This document shows, in pieces, positions 47,402-59,700 of a DNA stretch of 64,000 bases. This stretch comes from Amoebophrya sp. A120 (lineage: Eukaryota; Protista; Dinoflagellata). The notes under the pieces are model-generated. The model did no database searches. It had not been told where the DNA came from and was given only the letters and a program-made list of their open reading frames with translations. Position 1 is the stretch's first letter. Each line of letters starts with the position of its first letter. Location: the NCBI GenBank assembly GCA_905178155.1, contig CAJINV010000009.1:1893666-1957665 (forward strand). Reading direction: 5' to 3'. Both the position numbers and the translations under genes were made by a program.

Positions 47402-49191
47402 TTATCCGTCAAGAGCAGCGAATAAATCGTCCACAGCCGCATCGGAAATGGCACTAGAGGGCGGTCCCGGTCCGCCACTGAGGCCGATGTCCTCTTCCGT
47501 CTTTGCACGCAACCGCTTGGTTGGTGGCTCTCCTTCATCATCGTCTTCCTCCTCTACGTCTTCGCCGAAAATGATTGCCAGAGCATTGCGCTCTTCCCGT
47601 TTTCTTTGCTTTTCGGACATCGAGTCTTCTGCTGGTGGCTGCGGCAGCTTTCCTTTTGGTCCTTGTGCAAGTTGGGCACTTTGAATGGACGAAAAACCAC
47701 CGGCACCACGAGAGGACGACGATGTCGCTGCGGGTGCGCCGGGCCTATTAAAGAAGTCTCTGCCACTAGTTGTTGCCCCCGAAGGAGCCTTGGCTCCTTC
47801 ACCAAGCAAAGCTTTCGTTTTTGAAGACGAACTACTACTGCTGCCACCGGCCTGCATGGTGTTCTCGGTGGTCGCTGCTCGGTTAATGGCATCGCCTAGC
47901 GTATTCGATTTGAAAGTAGTCCTTGCGTGTTCGATTGCAGCTCGTGTGGGGGGCTTGGCTTTTGTCTTGTTCGCAGCACTCGTCGACGACGAAGGGCCGC
48001 CTGTGCCTGGTCCAAGCACGGTTTTTGTTTTGGTCGCCGTCGCGGTGCTGGAAGTTGTACTGTTATTGGCGAGCGCGAGCCTCGGCTTGTCGCCGTTCGT
48101 GAGCATCATGCCGCTGCCCCCGCCTGTTGTGTATTCCAGCGGCTTGGCCACCTTTCCGGGTCCGACGAATTCGTGTTTCGCGTTGAAAAAGCTGTCCGGC
48201 AAATCCGCGATGTCCTTCACAAATTCCCGCTCTGTCTTGTCGCCGTCGAAAATCTCGCGCAGCCGTTTCTTTCCGATCCGGCGCGGAATGGTGAAGTACT
48301 TGCGCACACGCAGCGTGAGCTCCCGGTACTTGGCAACCAGATCCGTCGAGTACTTGCTTGCATGCGAGTTCATCCGGGAGGAACCGCCGAACCGCTTCTC
48401 CGCCGCGCCGTGCACGCAGTTGTAAATGTTCTGCTCCAGGTCGTGCGCGCAGTGCGTAATCCTGCGCTCGTTAATTTCGTGGATGGGCATAGCCCGGTGC
48501 TCCCGGAGCCAACGCTGCACCAGCGACTTGGCCATCTTCTGGATCTTCCCGGGCGCGGTGTTTCCCGTCCAAAATTTGTCGTTGACCTCCTTCCCAATCA
48601 TGGTTTCTTTCAAAAGCTTGCCGTCAATGAACCAGGAATGCAGTAAGCGAAAGTGCTGCTCGATCAGGCTCTCCACGGCCCTCTTCGACTCCCGCATCTT
48701 CTGCAGGCTGTCTCGGACCTGGTTCACCTCCTCAGCGTTGGGGTGGTAAGACTCGTCGTCTGTGAGGACCTATATGTTTGTTGTTCATCCTTTTCCAACA
48801 TCATGAATTGTATGCTTCGAGATCCTCGTCCAGACAAAACTGCAAGTAGTTTCTCTATGTCTCTTTTCGTCACGTATCACTCATTCGCGAAGAATTATAA
48901 TCCTAAGTACTAAATCTTCGAAAGTTCTTGCCAAAAACAAAAAGCGAAAGTGCAGCTTACTCGTACTCCTATTCATACCTTCACGATCTGGTGCTGCAGG
49001 TGGTCCCGTACGGACTCGCGACCTTCCTCCGTGACACTCGCAATGAATGACTCATCCCAAGCATCATCTTCTTCCGCATCCGCGGGTCTCAGGAAAGTTT
49101 TTAGAAACTTTGCCTGGTGCTCTACGGACGAGCTGCCGCCCAGTTGCTGCCGATGCTCCAGGTCCTTGATCACCTCTTCGTCCTTGCCCAT
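47402..49191 (-). CDS. Hypothetical protein, weak resemblance to the TFIIS central domain; exons 49191-48979 and 48769-47402
   Basis: In-frame GTATGA...ATAG intron 48978-48770; AHDLEQNIY...KYREL segment; NLS-like PPTKRLR. Confidence 0.7.
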
Positions 49192-50231
49192 TTTTTCTTG
49201 TTAGTTGGCTTGTTTGATTAGGGAGATCTAGATGTAGATGTCGTGATACACTCACAAATCATTATATGGTGACGGTGGATATAGGCATTCTGATTAGTTT
49301 CGAGAAATCGAGTTAAATGAAAAGAAATCAAACTTCTGTTTATTGGTAAAAAGAGGTGTATGAAGGAGACATCTTGTTATTTTTTAGCGTTGCCGTTTAT
49401 TCAAAGGTCCTCGTCACCATACATTGTCCTTGTCTAAGTGCCTGGTACCGCGCAATTATATCTTGTAGTTGTTGTAGATGAATCAGAAATCAAAAAAACT
49501 TTGCCAGTGAAGTATTGTAAGAGGAAAGGGTCTGATGTCGCCCTGTTTGTTGATTTCGAAAGCACATCGGACAGCTTTTTGTATGAAGTTACATCTCGTC
49601 CGTGTCCGTCAACATGCTGCAGCGAACGGAAACGGCTCTGGCTGCCTACTGAAAGTTGTAGCTCCAGTTGCTCAGTCGAACTTACTAGGACTAGAAGTTG
49701 GAGCTTCGAAAAAAAATAAAGTAAATAAGCGCATGCGCATCATTTGCGCTTCTCACAACAGCAACTCAACAGCATCAGCGGATATACTTTCTATCAAGTG
49801 CTCGCAACTACTAGATCATGCCTTAATCTTGCACATCCAGAAAAAATCTGCGATTTCTGGATCTTTCTAAAGAACACGATCGTAGTTGTCTCCTCTGGTC
49901 CATCACCATCAGCACCAAAACATACTAAGTAGTGAGAAAAAACTTGCTTTTGGGCGTGGGGCTGCTGCAACTTGGACCAAGCCGGCCCCACTCATTGTTT
50001 TTGAATTTGATTAGCTCAGTGTCGCTTCCATTATTTTTATTTTCATACGTGCTTCTGAGTCCTCAAGTAGAGAAAAGAAATCGCTGCCCACCAGCTCTGA
50101 CGTCTTGAAACCGCATTGATGCTCACCCGCATCTTCTGAGACGACTCGTAAAGCAATCTCTTCTTTCAGCAAAATTTTGCGAAGAGCAACTACTTCCTTG
50201 TCCTTCTACTTTTTGAGACGTGTGTTGTTCT

Positions 50232-51827
50232 CTACACGTGAAAGAACTGAAAGCAGTGGCGCTGCACGAAATTTGCAGCTGGAAAATCGTGGGAGCATCC
50301 CTTTTCCTCAATTGAGAAAAAGCCAAACTCGCGCCAGGGAGCCGCAATGCCACTCGTCGTGGTCTTCTCAAGGAACCAGAGCCGGTCGAAAGACGGCCTG
50401 GTGGTCTCTGCGAAGAGCAAATCTTCAGAAAAGTGCATCAGGCTTCCACCGTCGCCGTGCCCGGTCTCATCGCTGCTGCCTTCATCACTTGAACCGTCGC
50501 CCGACGGTAAATCCACCTGTGCACTTTTTACACGCTGCAGCAGAGTTCCTTCTCCACCATTATCAGCATCTAGGAGCGGAAGAATCGTCCCCTCCTCGAG
50601 AGGGGCGTTTCCCAGCATGAAACCACTTTTCACCCCGGCTTTTCCGCCGAGGACCCCGCCATGAACACGATTATTTTTTTCAAGGATTTGCAGTAACCCC
50701 TGCACGGCGACTGGCGGGGAGCAGGCCCGATCTTGCCGCTTCCACAAGCTGATATGCTGCTGACAACAGTAGGCCCAGGGAAGACCGAGCGCGGGCTTCG
50801 TGTTCCACGGAGTGCGACCACCACCACCACGCGGATCATTTTGCGCGACGTGATCTTCACATTTTTCTCGTTCCTGCATCTCCGAAGTTGTTTGCAACAA
50901 ATCTTCTTCCGCCGATGTTCCGTTGGCGACGCCATTCAGGACAAGCACGACAACGCGGCGGTCGCGCTCGAGCTTCTTCAGTTGATTCGCTAGAAAAAAC
51001 AGCTGCTGGGCCCTGTGGCCGGCCTCGGTCTTGGCGTCTGCAAAATCCAAATCGGAGACACTGTCGAAAATGATTAAAGAGCGGTGCTCTGATGTTTCTG
51101 GGGCGGTCGATGCTTCTGAAGGTCCTATTGCTATGACTGAAGACGGCGCCGATGCAGCTTGAGGTGCTTGTTCTCCCGCTAGCGCTTGTTCGTTCACATT
51201 CATCTCATCATCACCTCCTGCACGTGGGTCAACGTCCTCGATACAAAAATCTTCTCCCTGTCTTGCTACATCGCTTGCAGAGCGGAGCTTCTGCCGTTTC
51301 GGTGGAGGCTCATCCGGTGCTTCTCCTACGGACGAAAGGTCCTCTTGATCTACAACTTCCGTGGGTAACGGCACGCGGTTTGTACTTGTGTCACAGCAGA
51401 AGTTCTTCTTCCTGCTGCCTTCCTCAGCGTCCATGATATCGCCGAGGTCCTTCAAGTTTTGCACCGCATCGTCGTAGTCATACACCGCCCGAACCCACAA
51501 ACGACCGAGCACATCTGCGACGGTTTTTTCGTCGAGGTGTTCCAGACTTATTTTGCTGCTTTCCGGCACGCAACCATCTTCTTGTTCTTGTTCTTCGACA
51601 ACGAACCCGGCATCTCCATGTAGTTGCCTCTTTGACGCAGCTCCCCGGAGCTTTGCTTCGCACACTTCTTTTGCCCGCTTCGATGGAAACCCGAGCCGCT
51701 TTCCTTTGGTGGTAAACCAGTAGACCCGGTGCCTTTCGCCGACGAGAAGAAAATCTATGGCAGTGTCCAGAGCCAATTGCGTCTTGCCAGAACCTGCTCC
51801 ACCGCTGACCTGAATCAGGCCGGACAT
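50232..51827 (-). CDS. RAD51 paralog (XRCC3/RAD51C-like RecA-family ATPase) with acidic insertions
   Basis: Walker A SGGAGSGKTQLAL, Walker B LIIFDSV, VVLVLNGV and KPALGLPWAY motifs. Confidence 0.85.
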   Translation of the reverse strand: MSGLIQVSGGAGSGKTQLALDTAIDFLLVGERHRVYWFTTKGKRLGFPSKRAKEVCEAKLRGAASKRQLHGDAGFVVEEQEQEDGCVPESSKISLEHLDEKTVADVLGRLWVRAVYDYDDAVQNLKDLGDIMDAEEGSRKKNFCCDTSTNRVPLPTEVVDQEDLSSVGEAPDEPPPKRQKLRSASDVARQGEDFCIEDVDPRAGGDDEMNVNEQALAGEQAPQAASAPSSVIAIGPSEASTAPETSEHRSLIIFDSVSDLDFADAKTEAGHRAQQLFFLANQLKKLERDRRVVVLVLNGVANGTSAEEDLLQTTSEMQEREKCEDHVAQNDPRGGGGRTPWNTKPALGLPWAYCCQQHISLWKRQDRACSPPVAVQGLLQILEKNNRVHGGVLGGKAGVKSGFMLGNAPLEEGTILPLLDADNGGEGTLLQRVKSAQVDLPSGDGSSDEGSSDETGHGDGGSLMHFSEDLLFAETTRPSFDRLWFLEKTTTSGIAAPWREFGFFSIEEKGCSHDFPAANFVQRHCFQFFHV

Positions 51828-53705
51828 GATGGTGTGCACTTTTCACCAATGCGTATTGTGGTTTCTCTTGCTGTAGTGATCGCAATGAAAAATAAAAAAG
51901 TTGTATATCTTGTGAAGTTGTAGCTGATTCAACTCTTGCGTCTAGGACGAGTTCTTACTGCTGCTGCACACCGTCGAAGAACGAAAAGGAAAACATAAAA
52001 GATGGAGGTGAAGCTTGTACCTCGTCGTGCTACTAGAGAAGCAGAAAAGTTTCCAAAAGCAAAAACGAAAGAAAAACTGTTTAGAAAGATATGGAGCAGA
52101 GCAAGATAGATAAAACAACGTGGGCAGCTGCACATAGTTTTTTCACGATTTTTGATTTTGTGCGAAACCACTGCTGCAAGCAACTTATCTCTTCTGGCTT
52201 GCTACTTTTGGATTTCCCTCAAGAACGAAGACGAAGAGGCAGTTTGAAGTAGTTCCTCTCAAATTCGAAAGTCGCTCCGGCTAACGATCGATGCATCGAT
52301 TCAACGACGAGGTCGATTATGCACTGTGTCGTGCGACAAGAATTTGCGAATACGAAAAAAAGCACGACCCAGGCGCACGAGATAATGTGCGACTCACTAG
52401 TCAAGACCCTGGTCGAGGTTTTGAAAAGCAAGAGCCTGATCGTGTTTTGATCTTTCTTCATCTTCACCCGAGAACTTGTCGCAGGCATGCTTTTTCCGAG
52501 CTAAAGCGCATGACCTGAACAGCTATAATCGTACATCACTGCGTGGCCGGCTTTTACGCTGACCGCGAGTATTCATTTTTTGCCAGTAAGATTTTTATGC
52601 CAAACTTTGTGACGCAAGGTAGTGGATTGAGTTTGAAAAAGTGTTGGTGTTCTTGTCCGCTTCATGAAGATTGTGATTGATAGCGCTGGTGATAGATTCT
52701 CCCTGTCGCTTGTGGGCCTTTTCGTTTCATCTTTTCTTGCGACAACTTCAACTCGTCCGTACGTATCTGCAATGTGTCCTGACGACGCTCAAGGAAAACA
52801 TCGCGAGCACGACGAGGATGAGGAAACGGATCCGCCACACAGGTTTCTCTAAATGGTGCAACTCATCCGATAACAGTTGAAGTCTGAGTCACTAACACTA
52901 TCTATCGCTCGCGCTACAAGAATGAAGTTGTGAGTCAATCGTGTAAAGGAGTGACGGTGTTTATTTATATTTTCAAAGAAATCTGAATGGGAAAGATTAA
53001 GATTCAGAAAAAAAGCCGAGTACGGTCCCAAACGTGCCCGATTTCAGACAGCCACACACTCTAGCTAACATCGCAGTCGTGGGCATGCATGACTTGCAAG
53101 ACCGCGACGTCTGTTTCGCTAGCAGGCAGGCCAAAACCAGACACAGGAGGCGGGTAGCAAAAAGTTGGGTTTTCCCCTTCGCTATTCTGTTTTGTTTCTC
53201 GTGAAATTGTCGCGTAGCTAATCCGAAAGTAATAAGAGTGATAAAGAACAACAGTTTGGTTTTAGCGTGGAAACGACTTCTACAAGGCAAAATTGACAGA
53301 TGAAACCCTGGTGTAGTCGCAGAAGCAAAATCTTTGGGCTTCTCAACAACTACAACGGTGGAAGTGGATACATTTTTTATTTCACCCTGTACTTTATATT
53401 TTTTGATGACACCGCGATGCTGTTGCCTACTCGAAGATAAAGGTGGACAATGATCGGCAGAATTTAAGTTTTGGTGTACACAGCTAGAGCACGGATGCAA
53501 TATTTCGCCCGCAAAGGGAAAAATATTTTCAAAATCAAGATGTCTTCGAGCAGGAACATGATAGATTGATACTGGTACATGAACCCTAGAGCGAGTTTTG
53601 TAGAAGTTGAGGTTTATCATGTCGCTTTTTTTATACTATTTCGTAACTGGTTTTCATTTGAGTGCAAAAGTACTACTTTTTTATTGACACAAGAAGAAAG
53701 GTTTC

Positions 53706-56700
53706 TTACAACTCCGCGACCTTTTCTGCCGTTGGCGTTGCCGCAGCAGCTGCTTGGGCCGCAGCCGCGGCAGCCTGGGCGGCGGCCGCTTCCGCAGCCT
53801 GGTTGGCCGCAAAGGTGGTGGCCGTGGTTCCCAAGTGCACATGGTCGGCCTCGTGGTGTGGGATCTTGTAGTCGCGCCGGATGTGCGCTAAGTGGTGCGA
53901 CTTCGCGTACTCTTCCTCCACTGCGATGTTTTCGTTTTGAGGATCAAATGAAGGAGATGAAATGACTATCAAAATAGAAAGTCAGATTGCGAATGCACAG
54001 GCACATGCACATCTGCAAAAAGCAGTAACATGAAGTTCGAGAATGAAGTAGTCAATACTCATTCTCCGGGTCGGGGGACTGACGATGTTGTTCGTCATGA
54101 CGAAGTCGCAAAACTTCTTCGCTTCGACCTTTTCCGCCGCCGGAGTCTCAAAGTCCACCGAATGTCTGCAGTACTTCATACAGGGATCATGACCCTTGAA
54201 GACGTTGCCCACATGAGCCTTGCTGCCCATCTTCAGCAGCTGCTCCATGATCGGCAAGGCCTGCGGACCCCCCTGCACCGCCATGTAGGCCATTGCTGTA
54301 GTTGTAGGGGCAGGAAGATTTGTAAAAACAACATAGTTTTTTTTTTGAAGTGCTCGTAGACTCAAAATCTAATTCTACTTTTAGGGCGCAAAGTAGCACG
54401 TTTTGCAGTTATAGATTTAGATAAGGAGCGATCTATCGATTCTATAGAATGATGATTAGATAGAAAGTTAGGGGTGTAATGGCAGAATGAGTGCAGTTCT
54501 TTCGTCCCCCCTCACATCACCACCTCGCGGGTAAAAGGGAAGCGCGCCGTCTTTGTCCTCCCCTACAGCAAACTCCTACGTGACGACGGAGCGACAAACG
54601 ATGTGAGGAGCTACATCTAGGCTGATTACCGAGGGCGTCCCGGCGTAGTAGACTCCGGATCCGCCGGGCGCTTCATTGTTAGGTCCGCGAGCATGCTGTT
54701 CGTCGTTATCTTTCTTTGCTTTCTCCTTTCGCAGCACCAGCGGGTCATGGGCGGTCGCAGAGACCCGACCAGGATCCGCCGACCCCACCGCGCTTGCAAT
54801 CAACCGGTAACGCCAGGCGATTGGGTCTTCGTACTGACGCAGAACTGCCAGCGAGCGAATTTTCGGTACTTGGAGGGCGTTGACCAGTCGGCGCCCCTCC
54901 AGCAGGTGCAACAGGCGGAGAAGGTCCGCGGTGTGTTCCAGCACATCGCGGTGAACAAGGCGAAGGTCTCACTCCTGTCCGATGTAACTTGGAGCGGAGC
55001 ACGTGGTGCACATCTAAAGCGGTACGAGTTCACCAACGGCCAGCACTACGTTTACGGAGGAGGAAGAGTGGCCATCGTCTTGCACAAGTCCATTCTGTTC
55101 GCAGCGGATGGAAAATCTCTCATCAGACCGGTCGTCAAGTTTTTCGGCCCCCGCATTATGGCGCTTTTCATACGCGGGACGTGGTTTGCGGTGGGATACC
55201 AGCCAAGCGACACGGTTGCGGACTTCGCAGAACTGGACCAGTTCTTACTTTGGCGCGAAAAACTTTTGTTTGCGACGGGGACCAGCAGCATCATCTTTGG
55301 CGGAGACTTCAACTCAGCAATTTCCCAGTTGCCCCGAGGCCCAGAGGATGAAGAAGCAGGAGCAGCAGCGGCGATCGGCTCGGCCGTGCTGCTGGAACCC
55401 CCCGCGAACCCCCGTCCGGGACATAACAACATGCGGCTTGCAATCGATAACATGTTGTGTATTCCGGACACCTTTAAGTCCATCCACAGGCGAGGCACGT
55501 GGAGGCATCCGGCAACAGGGCGATGGTACGAGATCGACTATTTCTACACATCGCGACAGGTTCAGTTCGGAAACGTGAAAACCATCCAGCCCAAATTTCT
55601 CACCGACCACCGTGGCAAGCGCATGGCAGTCAAGTTAGGCCTTTCGCAGAAGGACAAGCGCGAAATCCGACACCGAGTAATGACAATTACGCCGTCCCCA
55701 CCATATGAAGCGCTCCGGCGCGACGAAACAGCGCAGACGGCTTTTGCAGCGGAGACGGATGCCAACCTTCGGAAAGAACAGCAAGACGGAAGCAGCAGCT
55801 TGGCCACTAGGTGGGACACCTTTACGACAGTAGTAGCGAGCAGCGCGACGGCGGTTGTTCCGGCAAATCAGGAGAGGGGTGCGCAGCAGTATCCCCCTTG
55901 GCTGAATGTTCGGAAGTTCCGCGAGTACAAGAACGAAAAAGAGGACCTACTGTACTCCCGATTTTTAGCAGCGGACGCGAACGAGCGGCAGCAGTACAAC
56001 AGGCGACTGCGGACGATCGAGAAGGATTACCGAGCTGCTGAGAAGTTGGACTTCGAAGATTACATCGACCGTATTGCAGACGAGTGCCAGGCGGAGTATG
56101 GTCAGTGCGGCAGAATTGACTACGCAAGGTTACGGCGCACAGGTGTGATTTTTGAACCAACGGCGGGAGCAAGGGTGAGACAGGCGATCCCGTTCACCGT
56201 AGAGGACGCGAAGAAGCACTTCAGCAAGCTGATGCTGCGAACGGCGGACGTCCCGCAAGGATTTCAGGAGGCTTTGGAGAGAAATCTGGAGCAGCTCCCG
56301 GAATCTGCGGACCCGATGTGGGGCATACCCGACGAAGGCGAAGTCGCTCACTGTGTCAAGCAGATGAAGGACTGCGCGTTGGGAGTGGACCAGATTCACA
56401 TTGCCCACATCAAGCACCTCGGCGACGATTCTTGGGATTTTCTAGTGAAGTTGGTGCAGGATTGTTTCAGAACGAAAACGATTCCGGATGCGGCGCACTT
56501 GGTGCGCATGAACGCCCTCCACAAGGGGAAGAACCTTAATCCGCGGCTGTTAGACAACTACCGCGCCATTGCGGTGGCGACCTTTCTCTCGAAACTGTGT
56601 GAGACCATTCTGCAGAGAAGACTCAAGCACTACCTCGAGCGGATTGGTTTCTACCGGGAGACGGCGACACAGCGCGGGTTTCGGTCAGACTGCTCGACGG

Positions 56701-59700
56701 CGGACTTGGTGATGATGTTGCAGTTCATAGCGGACCAGACGAGAACAGTGGCGCGGGAGTCGATCTTGGACGAATTAGTTTTGGTTTTGATCGACTTCAA
56801 GAAGGCATTTCCGAGCGTGATCCGGGAGCTTGTATACCGCATCCTGCGGCGTGCGGGCGTTCCGGGAACAAACGTGGACTTTCTGGCACACTTACACGAC
56901 AAGGCAACGTTTTACATCATGGTGGACCGCGAGCCATCTGAAGAGTGGAAAGCAACGCGTGGGATGAAAGAAGGAGGCCCATCCAGCCCCGATGGCTACG
57001 GGATTCTAAGCGAAGTCATGTATCGGGAGTTGGCGCGCAGGCTGAGCGGCATCAAGTTGGCAACGACGGGCGATTTTTTGTCGAAGCTTGCGGCGTTTAC
57101 GGATGAGCAGAACACCAACCCCGCAGCGGTGCGCAAGGTGGTCGCCTTGCTTTTTGCAGACGATGCTACGCTTCCGACGACACTACGGGAGGCGCCAATG
57201 GTTGAGAGCACGATCAAAGACGTGGCGACAACTTTCGGCCAGGAGGTGCACCCGGACAAGACGGAGCGGCTTCTACTACAGGGACCACACTTCCACTACC
57301 CCGGCCCAAGACAAAAGGATGGGACACCACCAATACCACCCGGATTCGAGGAAAAAGTAAAAATTGTAGGATGCGAACTGTCCACGTACCACAGCGCGGG
57401 AGTGTGCCTCGGGCGGCACTTGAAGAAGGCGCGCGGAGCGTGGGCGGAGTGGAGACCGATTCTACTACGGGCGCGCGGACGGATTGATAGTCATATCTAC
57501 AACTTTAACAAAAATTCAAAAGAGTTCAGTGCATCTCTTGAGTTCAGTGCACCTTTTGAGTTCAGTGCACCTTTTGAGTTCAGTGCATCTTTTGAGTTCA
57601 GTGCACCTTTTGAGTTCACTAAACCTTTTGAGTTCTTCTTCGTCACACATCATACATAGTTCACGAGAGTTCACAAAATTCACAGAATTCACAGAGTTCA
57701 CAAAATTCAATCTTGATCTGAGCATCATCAATCTTACAATCATCATCTCATTCACCGAGCCACTATCTCGATCTTCAAGTCATAATCTCATTTAGAAAAT
57801 CACAATCCATCATCTCGATCTCCGAATCCTTATCGCGATCTTAAAGTCGTAAATCCTTTTCGAAAGTCATAATCTTCGATCTCAGACACAATATCTCGAT
57901 CGCAGAGCCTTCATCTCAATCCCATTCATAATCTCCATCTTGGAAAAATTATACACACTTTCATGCCATCACTATTCCAATCGTAAAATCTTCATCGCAG
58001 TCTTAAAGTCATGCTCTGCACTGAAAATCGCAATGCATCACCATCATCATATCGAATGGGCGGGGGGGGGGGGGGGGGGGGGGGCGAGGGCCCCCCGCAC
58101 TTATCTCGATCGCAGAGTCTTCGCCTCCATCTCATTCATAATCTCCATCGTGGAAAAATTATAAACACTTTCAAACCACCACTATTCCAATCTTAAAATC
58201 TTCATCGCAGTCTTAAAATCCTACTTCGCACTGAAAATCGCAATGCATCACCATCATCATATCGAATGGGCGGGGGGGGTGCGGGGGGGGGCGAGGGCCC
58301 CCCGCACTTATCTCGATCGCAGAGTCTTCGCCTCCATCTCATTCATAATCTCCATCGTGGAAAAATTATAAACACTTTCAAACCACCACTATTCCAATCT
58401 TAAAATCTTCATCGCAGTCTTAAAATCCTACTTCGCACTGAAAATCGCAATGCATCACCATCATCATATCGAATGGGCGGGGGGGGTGCGGGGGGGGGCG
58501 AGGGCCCCCCGCACTTATCTCGATCGCAGAGTCTTCGCCTCCATCTCATTCATAATCTCCATCGTGGAAAAATTATAAACACTTTCAAACCACCACTATT
58601 CCAATCTTAAAATCTTCATCGCAGTCTTAAAATCCTACTTCGCACTGAAAATCGCAATGCATCACCATCATCATATCGAATGGGCGGGGGGGGTGCGGGG
58701 GGGGGCGAGGGCCCCCCGCACTTATCTCGATCGCAGAGTCTTCGCCTCCATCTCATTCATAATCTCCATCGTGGAAAAATTATAAACACTTTCAAACCAC
58801 CACTATTCCAATCTTAAAATCTTCATCGCAGTCTTAAAATCCTACTTCGCACTGAAAATCGCAATGCATCACCATCATCATATCGAATGGGCGGGGGGGG
58901 TGCGGGGGGGGGCGAGGGCCCCCCGCACTTATCTCGATCGCAGAGTCTTCGCCTCCATCTCATTCATAATCTCCATCGTGGAAAAATTATAAACACTTTC
59001 AAACCACCACTATTCCAATCTTAAAATCTTCATCGCAGTCTTAAAATCCTACTTCGCACTGAAAATCGCAATGCATCACCATCATCATATCGAATGGGCG
59101 GGGGGGGTGCGGGGGGGGGCGAGGGCCCCCCGCACTTATCTCGATCGCAGAGTCTTCGCCTCCATCTCATTCATAATCTCCATCGTGGAAAAATTATAAA
59201 CACTTTCAAACCACCACTATTCCAATCTTAAAATCTTCATCGCAGTCTTAAAATCCTACTTCGCACTGAAAATCGCAATGCATCACCATCATCATATCGA
59301 ATGGGCGGGGGGGGTGCGGGGGGGGGCGAGGGCCCCCCGCACTTATCTCGATCGCAGAGTCTTCGCCTCCATCTCATTCATAATCTCCATCGTGGAAAAA
59401 TTATAAACACTTTCAAACCACCACTATTCCAATCTTAAAATCTTCATCGCAGTCTTAAAATCCTACTTCGCACTGAAAATCGCAATGCATCACCATCATC
59501 ATATCGAATGGGCGGGGGGGGTGCGGGGGGGGGCGAGGGCCCCCCGCACTTATCTCGATCGCAGAGTCTTCGCCTCCATCTCATTCATAATCTCCATCGT
59601 GGAAAAATTATAAACACTTTCAAACCACCACTATTCCAATCTTAAAATCTTCATCGCAGTCTTAAAATCCTACTTCGCACTGAAAATCGCAATGCATCAC

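Noticed and set aside
48770-48978. Fourth TAT...ATA introner (GTATG...ATATAG intron)
   Set aside because: No extended TIR and no 5-bp TSD (GAAGG vs GGTCC); treated as an ordinary intron.
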